A stretch of DNA of 63,654 bases, counting the filler, from Octopus bimaculoides (taxonomy: Eukaryota): assembly GCF_001194135.2 (NCBI RefSeq). It is 6 parts of 5 records of this genome, joined end to end, with 100 filler letters (N's around TTAATTAATTAA, not from the genome) between each part and the next. Parts side by side here need not be neighbours in the genome. Positions count along the whole stretch, not along the records: positions 41,803 to 57,728 come from NC_068987.1; positions 57,829 to 63,654 come from NC_068983.1; 4 more parts are not named here. The stretch is one strand, 5' to 3'. Position numbers and translations under genes: made by a program. The notes beneath the pieces were generated by a model, which saw only the letters and a program-made list of their open reading frames with translations, made no database searches and was not told the DNA's origin. Shown piece after piece: positions 49,451 through 61,830 of this stretch (positions within the stretch are counted from its first letter, which is position 1; the number at the start of each line of letters is the position of its first letter).

Positions 49451-49727
49451 TGTTACTATTTCCTGTGTTATCATCACTGCCTACAACATTTTTATCTATT
49501 GCCTCTTAAATTGTGCAATAATTTCTCTTTTGCCATACCTCTTAAGATATTAATACATGAGCTTCCAAGAGAGTGAAAGAAACAAAGAATTAAGAACTAA
49601 AAAACTAAAAAAAAAAATTTAAATAACCAAAATATTTCCAGCTGTTCAGCAATGAAGCATTTAAACGCATGTCTGGCACCATTCAAACGGTCTTCGGATA
49701 TCTGACGCAACTAATAAACAGAAATTT
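49440..49727 (+). repeat. Segment A of a local duplication (second copy at 55454-55723)
   Basis: Collinear and highly similar by eye; first 100 bp almost identical. Confidence 0.93.
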
Positions 49728-50424
49728 TACTGATGGCTAAATTATTTTCGTTATAAAAGTTATAGGAAGGTAACATTTGCTTTAAGATAAGTATAAACAG
49801 ATGCACAATTGTACGGGAATGAAAGTGATGTTAACTTTATAGAATAAATCCTTTCGACAACTTACTAACTCCACCATTAAATCTTGCCCCAGAATACTAT
49901 AAATTTCAATAATACAATCACTGAAAATTAATCAAACAATATTTGTCTATGTTGGTCTACGATACTAATCGTATACTACATCACTGTTACTGAATAGCTA
50001 GACCTTGTTCAAATTTTGAATAAATATCTTATTCAGTAAATTACCTGCACTTTATAAATACTATTTTTGTTATTCCTTTTTATATCAGACTGAGTTTCGG
50101 AATTTTGCAAATGGTTCTTAAGATCTCTTTGTTTGATCTTTTCAATATTTAACCTCGGTAGTTGATGTTCAACAATTTTTTTCCAAAAGCATCATAAAAC
50201 AGGCAGCTTTTGTAGACGTGTTTTTTTTTTTTCTGATTCACGAAGAGTGAAAAGTTCTCACATTTATTCCAGGTCTGTTCATCTCATCTGCACACATTGA
50301 GACATTGTTTGCCATTTTCCCCAGAAACATACAAATTTATATACATACATAAATTTATATGTTTGCTTGTCAAACTTCTTATACACACACACACACACAC
50401 ACACGTGTGTGTGTGTGTATATGT

Positions 50425-50721
50425 ATGCTGAGACCCACCTAGAAAGTTACCATCCCAGGCAAAAGTCCGGGAAAGGTTGATTATGGAAGACCAACAGTTG
50501 CCCATGCATACCGGCTTCCCCTCTCCATGCCACCTGTGTTATCCAAGGGAAAGGCAAAGGCCGATACAGTTTGGTACCAGTGACGTCGCAACTCATTTCT
50601 ACAGCAACGTGAAATAAAGTGTCTTGCTCAAGAACACAACACGCAGCCTGGTCCGGGATTCGAACTCACGACCTCACGATCGTAAGCTCGACGCTCTAAC
50701 CACTGAGCCATGCACCTTCAC
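50425..50721 (-). mobile_element. Full-length SINE family D
   Basis: Minus-strand head GTGAAGGTGCATGGCTCAGTGGTTAGAGCGTCGAGCTTACGATCGTGAGGTCGTGAGTTCGAATCCC with clear A and B boxes. Confidence 0.9.
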
Positions 50722-50732
50722 ATGTATGTATA

Positions 50733-50778
<46 letters not shown>

Positions 50779-51603
50779 CGTATATATATATGTATGTACG
50801 TATATATATANNNNNNNNNNNNNNNNNNNNNNNNNNNNNNNNNNNNNNNNNNNNNNNNNNNNNNNNNNNNNNNNNNNNNNNNNNNNNNNNNNNNNNNNNN
50901 NNNNNNNNNNNNNNNNNNNNNNNNNNNNNNNNNNNNNNNNNNNNNNNNNNNNNNNNNNNNNNNNNNNNNNNNNNNNNNNNNNNNNNNNNNNNNNNNNNNN
51001 NNNNNNNNNNNNNNNNNNNNNNNNNNNNNNNNNNNNNNNNNNNNNNNNNNNNNNNNNNNNNNNNNNNNNNNNNNNNNNNNNNNNNNNNNNNNNNNNNNNN
51101 NNNNNNNNNNNNNNNNNNNNNNNNNNNNNNNNNNNNNNNNNNNNNNNNNNNNNNNNNNNNNNNNNNNNNNNNNNNNNNNNNNNNNNNNNNNNNNNNNNNN
51201 NNNNNNNNNNNNNNNNNNNNNNNNNNNNNNNNNNNNNNNNNNNNNNNNNNNNNNNNNNNNNNNNNNNNNNNNNNNNNNNNNNNNNNNNNNNNNNNNNNNN
51301 NNNNNNNNNNNNNNNNNNNNNNNNNNNNNNNNNNNNNNNNNNNNNNNNNNNNNNNNNNNNNNNNNNNNNNNNNNNNNNNNNNNNNNNNNNNNNNNNNNNN
51401 NNNNNNNNNNNNNNNNNNNNNNNNNNNNNNNNNNNNNNNNNNNNNNNNNNNNNNNNNNNNNNNNNNNNNNNNNNNNNNNNNNNNNNNNNNNNNNNNNNNN
51501 NNNNNNNNNNNNNNNNNNNNNNNNNNNNNNNNNNNNNNNNNNNNNNNNNNNNNNNNNNNNNNNNNNNNNNNNNNNNNNNNNNNNNNNNNNNNNNNNNNNN
51601 NNN

Positions 51604-51662
<59 letters not shown>

Positions 51663-53231
51663 CACTCTTATTCTTAGTCTCAGTTGATCGAAGTTTTCGC
51701 CATACCATATTACATGTCCGTGACCCTACCATATATGTAATGACATTACTGACTTTTGTTATATATCTCAATGATGATAAATACCTATGGAAAGATACCA
51801 ACGCGATTTTGATGTAGTGATATAACTTAATCTTAAGAACAGAATGTGTTGGATCCACTCTCTTAAAGGTATCTTAGCTCAGAAAAACAGATTGCTTAGT
51901 CTATTTTAATCCAAACAGGCAGTGTTGAGAGAACAACATAAGCAGGTTTGGCTGACTTTTAAAGAATTTATTAGTTAATAATGTAACAATGTTGAGAATC
52001 TACCATCTTTTTATACGTAATAAAACCATGAAATTTACTAATTCAAACTATATTGGCGACGAGCTGGCAGAATCGTTAGAACGTCGGATAAAATGCTTAG
52101 CGGCATTTCTTCCGGCTCTTTATGTTATGGATTCAAGTTCTGCCGAGCTCAATTTTGCTTTCATCTCCTCCCACACAAATTAATGGCTTTGAATCCTGCA
52201 ATGGACTGGCGTTCTGTTCAAGATAATGTTATGACCTCTGTCACTTATACGGCATGAAAACCGGCTTATGGCTGAAGAAAAATCATTTAAAAAATGATAT
52301 CAAATATATAATACACCTTTTGCCAGACTCAACAATGACTCCGATAAAACTTCATGTAACATTGTGTAAAGCCATGGCATAATGATATCACTACCGTGTT
52401 ATAAAATATAGTCAAAGTATCGGTCGCTCCCTGACAGGTTTATGGTCGAGCCTGTAGCAGTGAAGACCACTGGTGTTCTTGGTCTCCTGGACTATATCCC
52501 TGCTCACCGTTATTGGGGCGGAGATGGCTAACCGCAAGTGAGAGACCCGTGAGTTAGAGTGACTGTTCCAACGCATCTTCCTCGCCATTCTCAGGAGCAA
52601 TGCCTTATCCATTTTATCTGCTGGGACCTTGAAGCAGTCTGAATAGCAGGAAACCTAAAGAATGTAAGAATTTTGTAGCTTACAACATGAACAATAAATT
52701 TATACAACACCTCACACATAAATATAGATTTTCAAACATAAATAGTCGTTTGCGCATCAAGTGTTTTCCTCATTGAAAATTACTTCTAATCAATGAATCA
52801 CCTTCTTCAATAATTATATAAAAAATAGAATCACCTCTTTTATTGTTTTAGTATATTACATAATTGCTTCTTATTAAACTACCATTATGATTTACATCAA
52901 AACAAAATAATATACTATATATATATATATATATATAGCTTGAATCCTTCATACAGAAATTACACAGTTTGGTTATGAAATTCGAAACTTTTGCCGCTTA
53001 GTTTGAAAAATAGCATTAGTGGTTGTCTACAATAAGAATTTTGGCACAAGGCCAGTAATTTTGAGGGGATGGAGCAGTCGATTACATCGATCCAGTGTTC
53101 AACTGGTACTTGTGTTAACGATTCCGTAAAGATAAAAAGAAATGTCGACCTCAGCGGAACTTGAATTCAGAATGTAAAACCGGAAGAAATACCGCTAATC
53201 ACTTCGTAACTATAGTAATTATTGCCTTAAC

Positions 53232-53436
53232 ACGGTGGCGATCGTTAGCACGCCGGGCGAAATGCTTAGCGTTATTTCGTCTGTCTTTACGTACTGCGTT
53301 CAAATTCCGTCGAGGTCGACTTTGCCTTTCATCCTTTCGGGGTCGATAAATTAAGTACCACTTGTGTACTGGGGTCGATCTAATCAACCGGACTCTCCCC
53401 CAAAATTTCGGGCCTTGTACCTAGAGTAGAAAATAA
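53232..53436 (+). mobile_element. Young SINE family C
   Basis: CpGs intact, (AAT) tail, 16-bp TSD TAATTATTG(C/T)CTTAAC (53216-53231, 53437-53452). Confidence 0.92.
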
Positions 53437-54085
53437 TAATTATTGTCTTAACGCACGCAGAATTCGTTAAGGCAGATTTTCTACGGCCAGATGCCCTTTT
53501 TGTCACCAACTATAAATATGTAGAAATTTCAGTCAACTTTAATGATGTCGTTAATTTATGTTCTGTTGACTTATCTTGGATAGTCGAAGTCATATAAACG
53601 AAACTATGTAGAATCAAAGAAATATGTTGTTATTGGTCATCTAAACTGCAATCATTTTAGATTGCTACTAAGACTGTTAGTATTTTATCCGTCAATGAAG
53701 TGATGAAGAATAATGGTTAAGTAAGAGTAATTGGAATCACGTGGAGTAAAGGAAAAATTCATTCTCGCACCTGAAACTAAGAAGGCTTAGCTCAGCAATA
53801 TATAAGCCCAGCAATATAACGCTGACTAGGTTTCAAATAATGGAATCTATTTTTACATTTACCACTGTTAGATGTAGTGCAGTTGTTTAAGTGACCGGCT
53901 CACAAAGGTACGAATGAACTTTTTGGTGATTCATAATAGACGATGTTGTTCAGAAATAAACTAAACGAATGTGAAGGCAATAGTTTCCGTGTGTTCTTGA
54001 ATTACTAATTCAATCAGTTGCAACAGATCAAGCCGCTCGCCAAACAAATATATCTCTGACATTATAAGACGTTACATGTTAAATG

Positions 54086-54146
<61 letters not shown>

Positions 54147-54689
54147 GGCCGTTGCCGTCGTCGTCATTTGTATCATCGTTTTAACGTCCACTTTTTTCTT
54201 CCTTGCATGGGTCAGACAGAGGTACGTTTTCTACGGTTTCCTATCTTTTCTGTCGCTAAATTCCACACATTTCGAAGCAAATTAATAATCTTTCAGTCTA
54301 TGAACAGCCCACACATAGTTATGGGCATTTTTTATAATTTAGTTTACAAAGATTATGCAACATGTTAAGAAGCCCTGTCAAGTTTTCGCAGTTGACTATA
54401 AACATAAAACACCGCCTCTGTTGATAGCGAGGTTGTTTTGTTAACAGGAAGAAATATGAACTCACACAAACACACGCTAACACACAGGCATACTTATTTA
54501 TATATACAATATATAACGACAAGTTCCTCCAGTTTCTGTCTATATGTTTCATCCACGAGGTATTGGTCGAACTACGGCTACAGTATAGAAGGTTAACCGA
54601 CAATGTCTACGCGGTGAGACGGATTCCCTAAACCCGTGGCTCCGAAGCGAACTTCTTAACCACACAGCCTTGTCTGCGCCTATAAATAT

Positions 54690-55270
54690 ATTGGTTTCAC
54701 TTTTTGGCACAAGGTTAGTAATTTCGTGGGACGGGTAAGTCGATTACATCGACTTCGATGCTCGACCCCGAAAGGATGAAAGGAAAAGTCGACCAAGACG
54801 GAATTTGAACTCAAAGCGTAAAGACGGACGAAATGTTAGCTTGACACGTTATAAATATATCAATACTGATGTGTCCATACGTTAAATAAAATAAGACGGA
54901 GAGCTGGCAGAATTGTTAGAATGTCGGAAAATTCTTTGCAGCATTTGTTCCCGCTCTCAAATTCCGGTTGAGATCACCTTTGCCTTTTATCGATTCGATA
55001 AAATAAGTACCAGTCAAATAATGAAGCTGATGGTATAGACTACTCCTCTTCCTTCAGATTGTCAGGGCAGCAAACTGACAAAATCACTAGAGCGTTGGAA
55101 AAATGCTGAGCGGTACTCGTTCCGGCTCTTTACACTCTGGATTCAAATTCCTTCGAGGCCGACTTTACTGTTCATCCTTTCGAGGTCGATAAAATAAATA
55201 CCAGCTAAATGCTGGACTCGACGTAATCGGCTTGCTTTTCCTCAAAATTGCTGGCTTTGTGCTAAAATTT
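54690..55270. mobile_element. Cluster of three family C SINE copies (one minus, two plus)
   Basis: Repeated GAGCTGGCAGAA/ATGC...TTCAAATTCC...CTTT...GTCGATAAAATAA blocks. Confidence 0.8.
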
Positions 55271-55899
55271 GAAACAATATTTTTAATGAAATAAATGTAT
55301 TCACGATACTTTGGTATACTGAAATTTTAAGTTTTGTTCTGTGATTGGAGTAAAGAAAAGATCATTTGAATTAGTGAACAATTTCGTAAAATAGCTGGGT
55401 TCGCATATTCGTATCTATTATGTCCCAAACACTAGAAGGAGAAAGGTGTTATAACTATTATCATTGTTACTATTTCCTGTGTTATCATCACTGCCTACAA
55501 CATTTTTATCTATTGCCTCTTAAATTGTGCAATAATTACTCTTTTGCCATACCTCTTAAGATATTAATACATAAGCTTCCTAGGGATTGAAAGAAACAAA
55601 GAACAAAAAAAAAATTTTTATACCAAAATATTTCCAGTTGTTCAGCAATGAAGCATTTAAAAGCATGTCTGGTACCATTCAATCGTTCTTCGGAAATCTG
55701 ACACAACTAGTAAAAAGAAATTTGAAACAATATTTGCGATGAAATAAATGTATTCACGATACATCGGTATACTGAAATTATAAGTTATGTTCTGTGACTG
55801 GAGTAAAGAAAAGATCGTTTTAATTAGCAAACGATCTCGCAAGATAGCTGGGTTCGCATATTCGTATTTATTGTCTCAAACAACAGAGGGAGAAAGGTG
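55265..55899 (+). repeat. B-A'-B' tandem arrangement (453-bp offset)
   Basis: B1 55265-55448 is similar to B2 55718-55899; between them lies A' (55454-55723), a copy of 49440-49727. Confidence 0.92.
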
Positions 55900-56905
55900 G
55901 CTGGAATGATATATAATGTTAATACTTTGATCCGTTCTATAGTGTAATTCTATCGTGATTCGGTGGTTATAAGGAAATAAAATGACACAATAAATGATCT
56001 TCTAAACTTCCGAGCAAATTTAGCTTTGGAATATTGCCAAATTGCAAAAACGAATAGAATTTGGAGCAGTGAAATAGGATGCGAACATGAACAGTATTTT
56101 TGACTTTTTAACACATCTTCCAGATATTTAAGTTAACAGTTGGGAATTGGTGGGTGGACTGCTAGATATGTTGCAGGAAAGAAAGCTACCAGTATCAATG
56201 TCATATCTGACGTCAATGAATACTTTACATATGATATACTAGTATCTTTACAGTAATATTTTGTTAAAACCTAATGCTTTGGTATTGCTGCCTGTAAAGA
56301 GTAGGAAATTGAAATAGTACAGGAATGTCAGTCTCATAATTGCTATTTAGTTACAGTTGGCTGTATGCATTAGGATATAACTGGATTCCGCATATCTTCA
56401 GTTAAAATAATTAAACCTGCCAATGAGAAAATGTTGGATGTAATACTTGTTTGGTTTTCTGAGTATTGGATGTGTTTTATCGTAGTTAGCTTCCTGAATC
56501 TTTACTTTAGACAGATGAGTATAAAAAATATCCAAAACCAAGTGTCCAATAAAGGTATTAATTCATCACATCAATTAATTATAAATATTCAGTAAATTAA
56601 GCTCTTTATGAAAATGTATGAGGTATTTGAGGCTAACGAGAGTAAAATGAGAAAATATGTTGAACTAATGGAGTTATGCCAAAGCGATGGATAGCAAGCA
56701 AGGGGCGATCCCATCGAGGTGAGAGGCAGAGGGTTTGCAAGCCAGTCCTTCGGCAGAGCTTGCATGCTTCACATCAGGGGGCTAATAGGCAGAAGGCCAC
56801 CAGGTTGTCTGTAGAGGTATCAGAGGTTGCCGCAAAGTAACTGTGGATGAGGTGTGAGCCTTGGAAGGGGCAGTGGAACCAGAGGTAGTGCTAACTGGAA
56901 GCTTG

Positions 56906-56939
56906 ATACCCAGGAAACCCGGTTGGGTTTCCTGGGTAT
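56906..56939. repeat. Perfect 15-bp hairpin with a 4-nt loop in a GC-rich island
   Basis: ATACCCAGGAAACCC GGTT GGGTTTCCTGGGTAT. Confidence 0.95.
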
Positions 56940-57614
56940 GGTGTCTGACGTTGAAAGACCCAAAGCACCGAATGACCCCAGGAACCATCACTGATGATGT
57001 GTTCAGGTCTTTCACAGGATGATATATGGAAGAACTATGGCACAGAAAATTCATATAAGTGTAGCTTGTACATAAGGAACTATAGAATTAATGACACAAA
57101 TAATAAATTGCAGAAGTGTTTATTTCATGTCATATTTGTTAATGAATGTTGATTTTATGCAGTTTCTATATAGATAATAAATACTGTCTAAGAAAACACA
57201 GATAATATGAAACTAGACATGAGATATTAAATATCCAAAAGTAGATATTTCAATTCTGTTAGTTTAGAAGATAATAAAAATATTATTATACAGTTGCTTT
57301 CGCAAATTCTCAGTTATGACAGTGTTCGTTTAAAGTTGAAACGGGCACAAAACAAACGCATGTGCAATAATATACATATGTTAGCCAGCCAAACGCTAGA
57401 TCAAATAAACAGTTTTCAGTTATATTTTCATTTAGTCATGTTGAAATATATATTGCAAAATACTGAATAGAGATTTCTATTTTATGTTATTTATTTATTT
57501 ATTTATTTATTTATTATTTATCTATCTATTTATTTGCATTGCATATATCACAATAGAAATTTCTTCATCTGCATTCTTGATTACACACACACACAATTAC
57601 ACACACATACACAC

Positions 57615-57615
<1 letters not shown>

Positions 57616-57696
<81 letters not shown>
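57616..57696. repeat. (GATA)20 microsatellite
   Basis: Direct reading of the sequence. Confidence 0.97.
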
Positions 57697-57859
57697 GTAT
57701 GTACATATATGTACGTATTTATATATATNNNNNNNNNNNNNNNNNNNNNNNNNNNNNNNNNNNNNNNNNNNNTTAATTAATTAANNNNNNNNNNNNNNNN
57801 NNNNNNNNNNNNNNNNNNNNNNNNNNNNATCATATTGCCTACATGCATGCATGCATACA

Positions 57860-57894
<35 letters not shown>

Positions 57895-57942
57895 GTATGT
57901 GTGTGTGTTTGTATATATATCTGTATATATATATATTTATAC

Positions 57943-57976
<34 letters not shown>

Positions 57977-58569
57977 TACGAATGAGAGCATGTATTTATA
58001 GTTCAACATATATTAATCTCTTGTTGTTTTTATCTCTCTATAAATAAATATCCATACACATAAACATTTGTATATTACATATTTAATGTTTTAGCTAAAA
58101 ATCCTCAGCTTTCGCTACCTCACAGCTCTTCGGAAATAGAATAACTCGAATCTGTTAGTACAGTTGGATTATTTTATATTATCGATTCCGGTGTTTCAAA
58201 CGAATTTTGTTTTTATTTATAACAGTTCAGACATAAGGAATCAAGGATATAGAACTTAATAGTGTAATCAAACGACATCGCTTCATATTAAGTAAAACGC
58301 ACATACTTATGTTTCGTAATTAATATTTAAATATGCATACACACAAGTATAATGAATAGGCAACTATTTAAATATATGACTAATATGCAGGAAATAAATA
58401 TCTAATTAAATAAAGAATATTCGATTATAATAAATTAGGCTTACCTTAACTCATTGCAGACACTCAAATAATAAATGTTTGTGTATATTTATGTATAAAA
58501 AACTTAACGAAATAAAGTAATATACAAGCAATTATGTAAGCATTAATTATGTTGGTGGTAGCTATAATG

Positions 58570-58675
58570 CAAATTGTATTTGCGTTAAAAGGAATAATTG
58601 TCATTTAGAAGAAAATTACCTAATCAATGACATTAAGTATAAATGTACAGTTACCACCCATGCTACTATTAAATG
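58570..58675 (+). mobile_element. Penelope-like Cys-rich / pre-GIY-YIG fragment
   Basis: NCICVKRNNCHLEENYLINDIKYKCTVTT resembles the PLE motif CxC...CPLxGxCL...VY. Confidence 0.55.
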
Positions 58676-59324
58676 ATAAGTAATTTAAACAGCAAGTAAA
58701 TTTAATTTTAACCGCAAGTAAATTTCAATGATATGTAGCTTTAACAACAAATTTAATCACGCCCAAACTCATTCCTTTCGAAACCTGGCATGAAGGAATA
58801 TAACATCACGTTCGACGTATATCTGAACTCTGAAGGACAAAACATTCGTACAACATCCAACGGAGAATTTCGTCAAAGGCAAAATCTTAATGATAGTAAT
58901 AACAAAAGCTTTTGTGATTTATGCTCGACAGACGCAATGGAGATTATTTTTGTTAAGGATTCAGTATTTACTTGAAATTCTGAACTGAGCCTATAAAGAT
59001 AAGGCGTACAAAACGTACTTATAATTTAGATTATGCCTGCATCCAAATGGATGCCATTTCTTAATTTTCAGATTCACCACACTTCGAAGTAGTAACGTTA
59101 ATGAAACGGGACAAGAAAGTCTGGAGTTGAGTCAGTTTACAATTAAAATTTTGTATATAGATGTTTAAATAGAGCATGTAGCTTTAATATAGATATTTGG
59201 GTGCTACTTTGGTGTGTGATCTACAAATTAAAGGGCGATTACTCTAGGTTAGCTTTTAGTTTCTTTACGTTGCAAAACTCGCGGGTGCCAAACTTGTGTG
59301 ATCTTTGCGCTTATTTTAATTATT

Positions 59325-59725
59325 CTTTTACTCTTTTACTTGTTTCAGTCATTTGACTGCGACCATACTGGAGCAACACCTTTATAGTGGAGCAAATCGA
59401 CCCCAGAGCTTATTCTTTGTAAGCTTAGTACTTATTCTATCGATCTCTTTTGGCGAATCGCTATGTTACGGGCACACAAACACACCAGCATCGGTTGTCA
59501 AGCGATGCTGGGGGGGACAAACAGACACACAAACGCACACACACACACGCATATATATATATATATACACGACGGGCTTCTTCCAGTTTCGTCTACCAAA
59601 TCCACTCACAATCGGCCCGAGGCTATAGTAGAAGATACTTGCCCAAGGTGCCACGCAGAGGGACTGAACCCAGGACCATGTGGTTGGTAAGCAAGCTACT
59701 TACCACACAGCCACTCCTGCGCCTG
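59325..59725 (-). mobile_element. Full-length SINE family A
   Basis: Collinear with 31265-31655. Confidence 0.93.
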
Positions 59726-60344
59726 TTTATTGTTTGTTCATGGTTTCTTATCATTATTTACTAAGACATAAATGAAACATGATTTTATAATAGAAATAGT
59801 AAAAAGTTTGAAAAAATACATTTACAAAGCTAAGTATGTGCTACCAGTCGAAAGCTCCGCATACCGGAAACCAACAAATGTATGGGGTCATCAGCAGAAA
59901 AACGCGCACCGTTTCGGGGCCTACCTCTCAACGGCATCAATGCGCACCGGCTCCTCTCACTGATGTGAGGCCCCGCTTGCTAGATCAACTGGTTATTAAA
60001 TAAAGCCCAATAATTATCTAGCCATCGCTCATCGTCTTTTTTTAACCAAATCCAATGGCTAGCGTTCTCCACTGTAGTTTAGATATAAGTCATGGTGGTA
60101 TTTACTTTACGATGAATTAGGCTTGACGGTAACAACAGTCGCCTCACACTGTGTCCAATGAATCCTCTACATCCGACTTCGATATACATACGAAATTTTG
60201 AATTTAGTTCACGTACCTCTAATATTACCTTTGCGGACCACCAGGTGTCCGCGGACCCCACGCTGGGAACCACTGGTCTAACAAGATACTAGCATGGATG
60301 CACGCAGCCATGTTACTATTTCCGGTGAGTGAATTCATCTGTTA

Positions 60345-60577
60345 TCTTTTTAATCTTTTATTGCTTTCTTGTTTCAATCATTTGACTGCGGTCATGCTGG
60401 GGCACTACATTGAAGAATTTTAGTCGAATTAATCGAACCTAGTACATTTTATTTTTTAAGCCTTGTACTTATTCTGTGGTTTTCTTTTGCCGAACTGCTT
60501 CGCTACGGTGAGGTAAACACGCCAACACCGGTTGTCAAGCGGTGGTTAGGGGAAGACACACATATATATATACATAC

Positions 60578-60615
<38 letters not shown>

Positions 60616-60688
60616 TTACGTTAAAAGGAATAATTGTCATTTAGAAGGAAATTGCCTAGTCAACGACATAAAGTATAAATGTACATCA

Positions 60689-60724
<36 letters not shown>

Positions 60725-60895
60725 ACAAGCTGTTTTTAGTTTCCATCTACCAAATCCATTCACAAGGCTTTGGTCGGTCCGAGACTACAGTAGAAGACAT
60801 TTGCCCAAGGTGTCACGCTTTGGTATTGAATACGGAACTATGTGGTTGGGAAACAAAAGTCTTACCACACAACCACGCCTGCGCCTATTCATTTT
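60345..60895 (-). mobile_element. Diverged SINE family A with a 67-bp foreign insert in its (TA)n tract
   Basis: SINE halves flank (TA)n-insert-(TA)n; insert 60619-60685 matches 58583-58649. Confidence 0.85.
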
Positions 60896-61089
60896 CAAAA
60901 TTGCGTTCATATACTTATTTGGAACTCCATGAATTCGTGTTAATGCATTCGCATACGCACATTAGCATTAAAGTAGGGATGAGCGATAAGAATGCATTGA
61001 TATTAAGTATGTACGAGTATAGTAGTATGTGCATTTGTATATGTAAGAGTGTATACATATGTATAGGCATATATATGTATATGTTCTTA

Positions 61090-61132
<43 letters not shown>

Positions 61133-61619
61133 GTGTGACGAATGAGGTCGAGTTTACCTTTCCAGAACTGGCTTCACTAGTCATATACGTAAACACAATG
61201 AAAAGTTTCAAGTTGAATGCGACCAATTTCTATGTGATTTATGTAGCAAAGAATCGTCCAGTCGATCTGGAATCAACTCAAAAGGAACATGAAGATATAT
61301 ACTCAAAGTGCTGTACAGAGTAATCAACCAATATGAATATGAATGTCGTGTCTGCAAAAAGAAAAAAAAGCAAGTTATTTGCTGGCTTTTGAAAGCCATT
61401 GTAGGTCCCATGGTCACTGGCAAGATTAGCTGTCATTTGTTAAGGAGACAATTCTGTTTCTTTCTCGAATTACTTCCGGATCAGTTTGTTGGAAACGAGT
61501 CAATACAAAGAATCATTTGTGAAGATTCGTTTTAGAACACTACCACAGTTTCTTCAGGTTGAGCAGTTCTCAATCAAGCAAAACCAGAAATCATGTGATG
61601 CACTGAAATATGTAAAGTC

Positions 61620-61830
61620 CTATTAATACGACGTAGATTATTGCGAAGCCGTATAGCTCATGCTCTTTAAACATCCAAATAAAATGGAGTAGCATGTGGA
61701 GTTACTCTTGTCTCTGGATTTGAAGAAGCTTGGATATTGACTATAACGTTCTTTATAGTCATTTGCAGTTAAATCCATATATTTTCTCTCAGTATTTTCT
61801 ATTGGTATAAAGCAACTCTTTATAAAACGT
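61620..61830 (-). mobile_element. Penelope-like GIY-YIG endonuclease remnant
   Basis: ENTERKYMDLTANDYKERYSQYPSFFKSRDKSNSTCYSILFGCLK resembles the PLE YIGxTxxxFKxRYxxH...NSTxLS..W.LK region, with catalytic residues decayed. Confidence 0.65.

Noticed and set aside
6869-51858. Long ORFs of 100-400 aa containing X runs
   Set aside because: They are open only because they cross N gaps. Apart from the RTE part of 15766-16063 they have no coding signal.
14067-59764. Recurrent peptides such as RRHLPKVPRSG and QIHSQGFG in several ORFs
   Set aside because: Translations of family A SINE copies, not a gene family.
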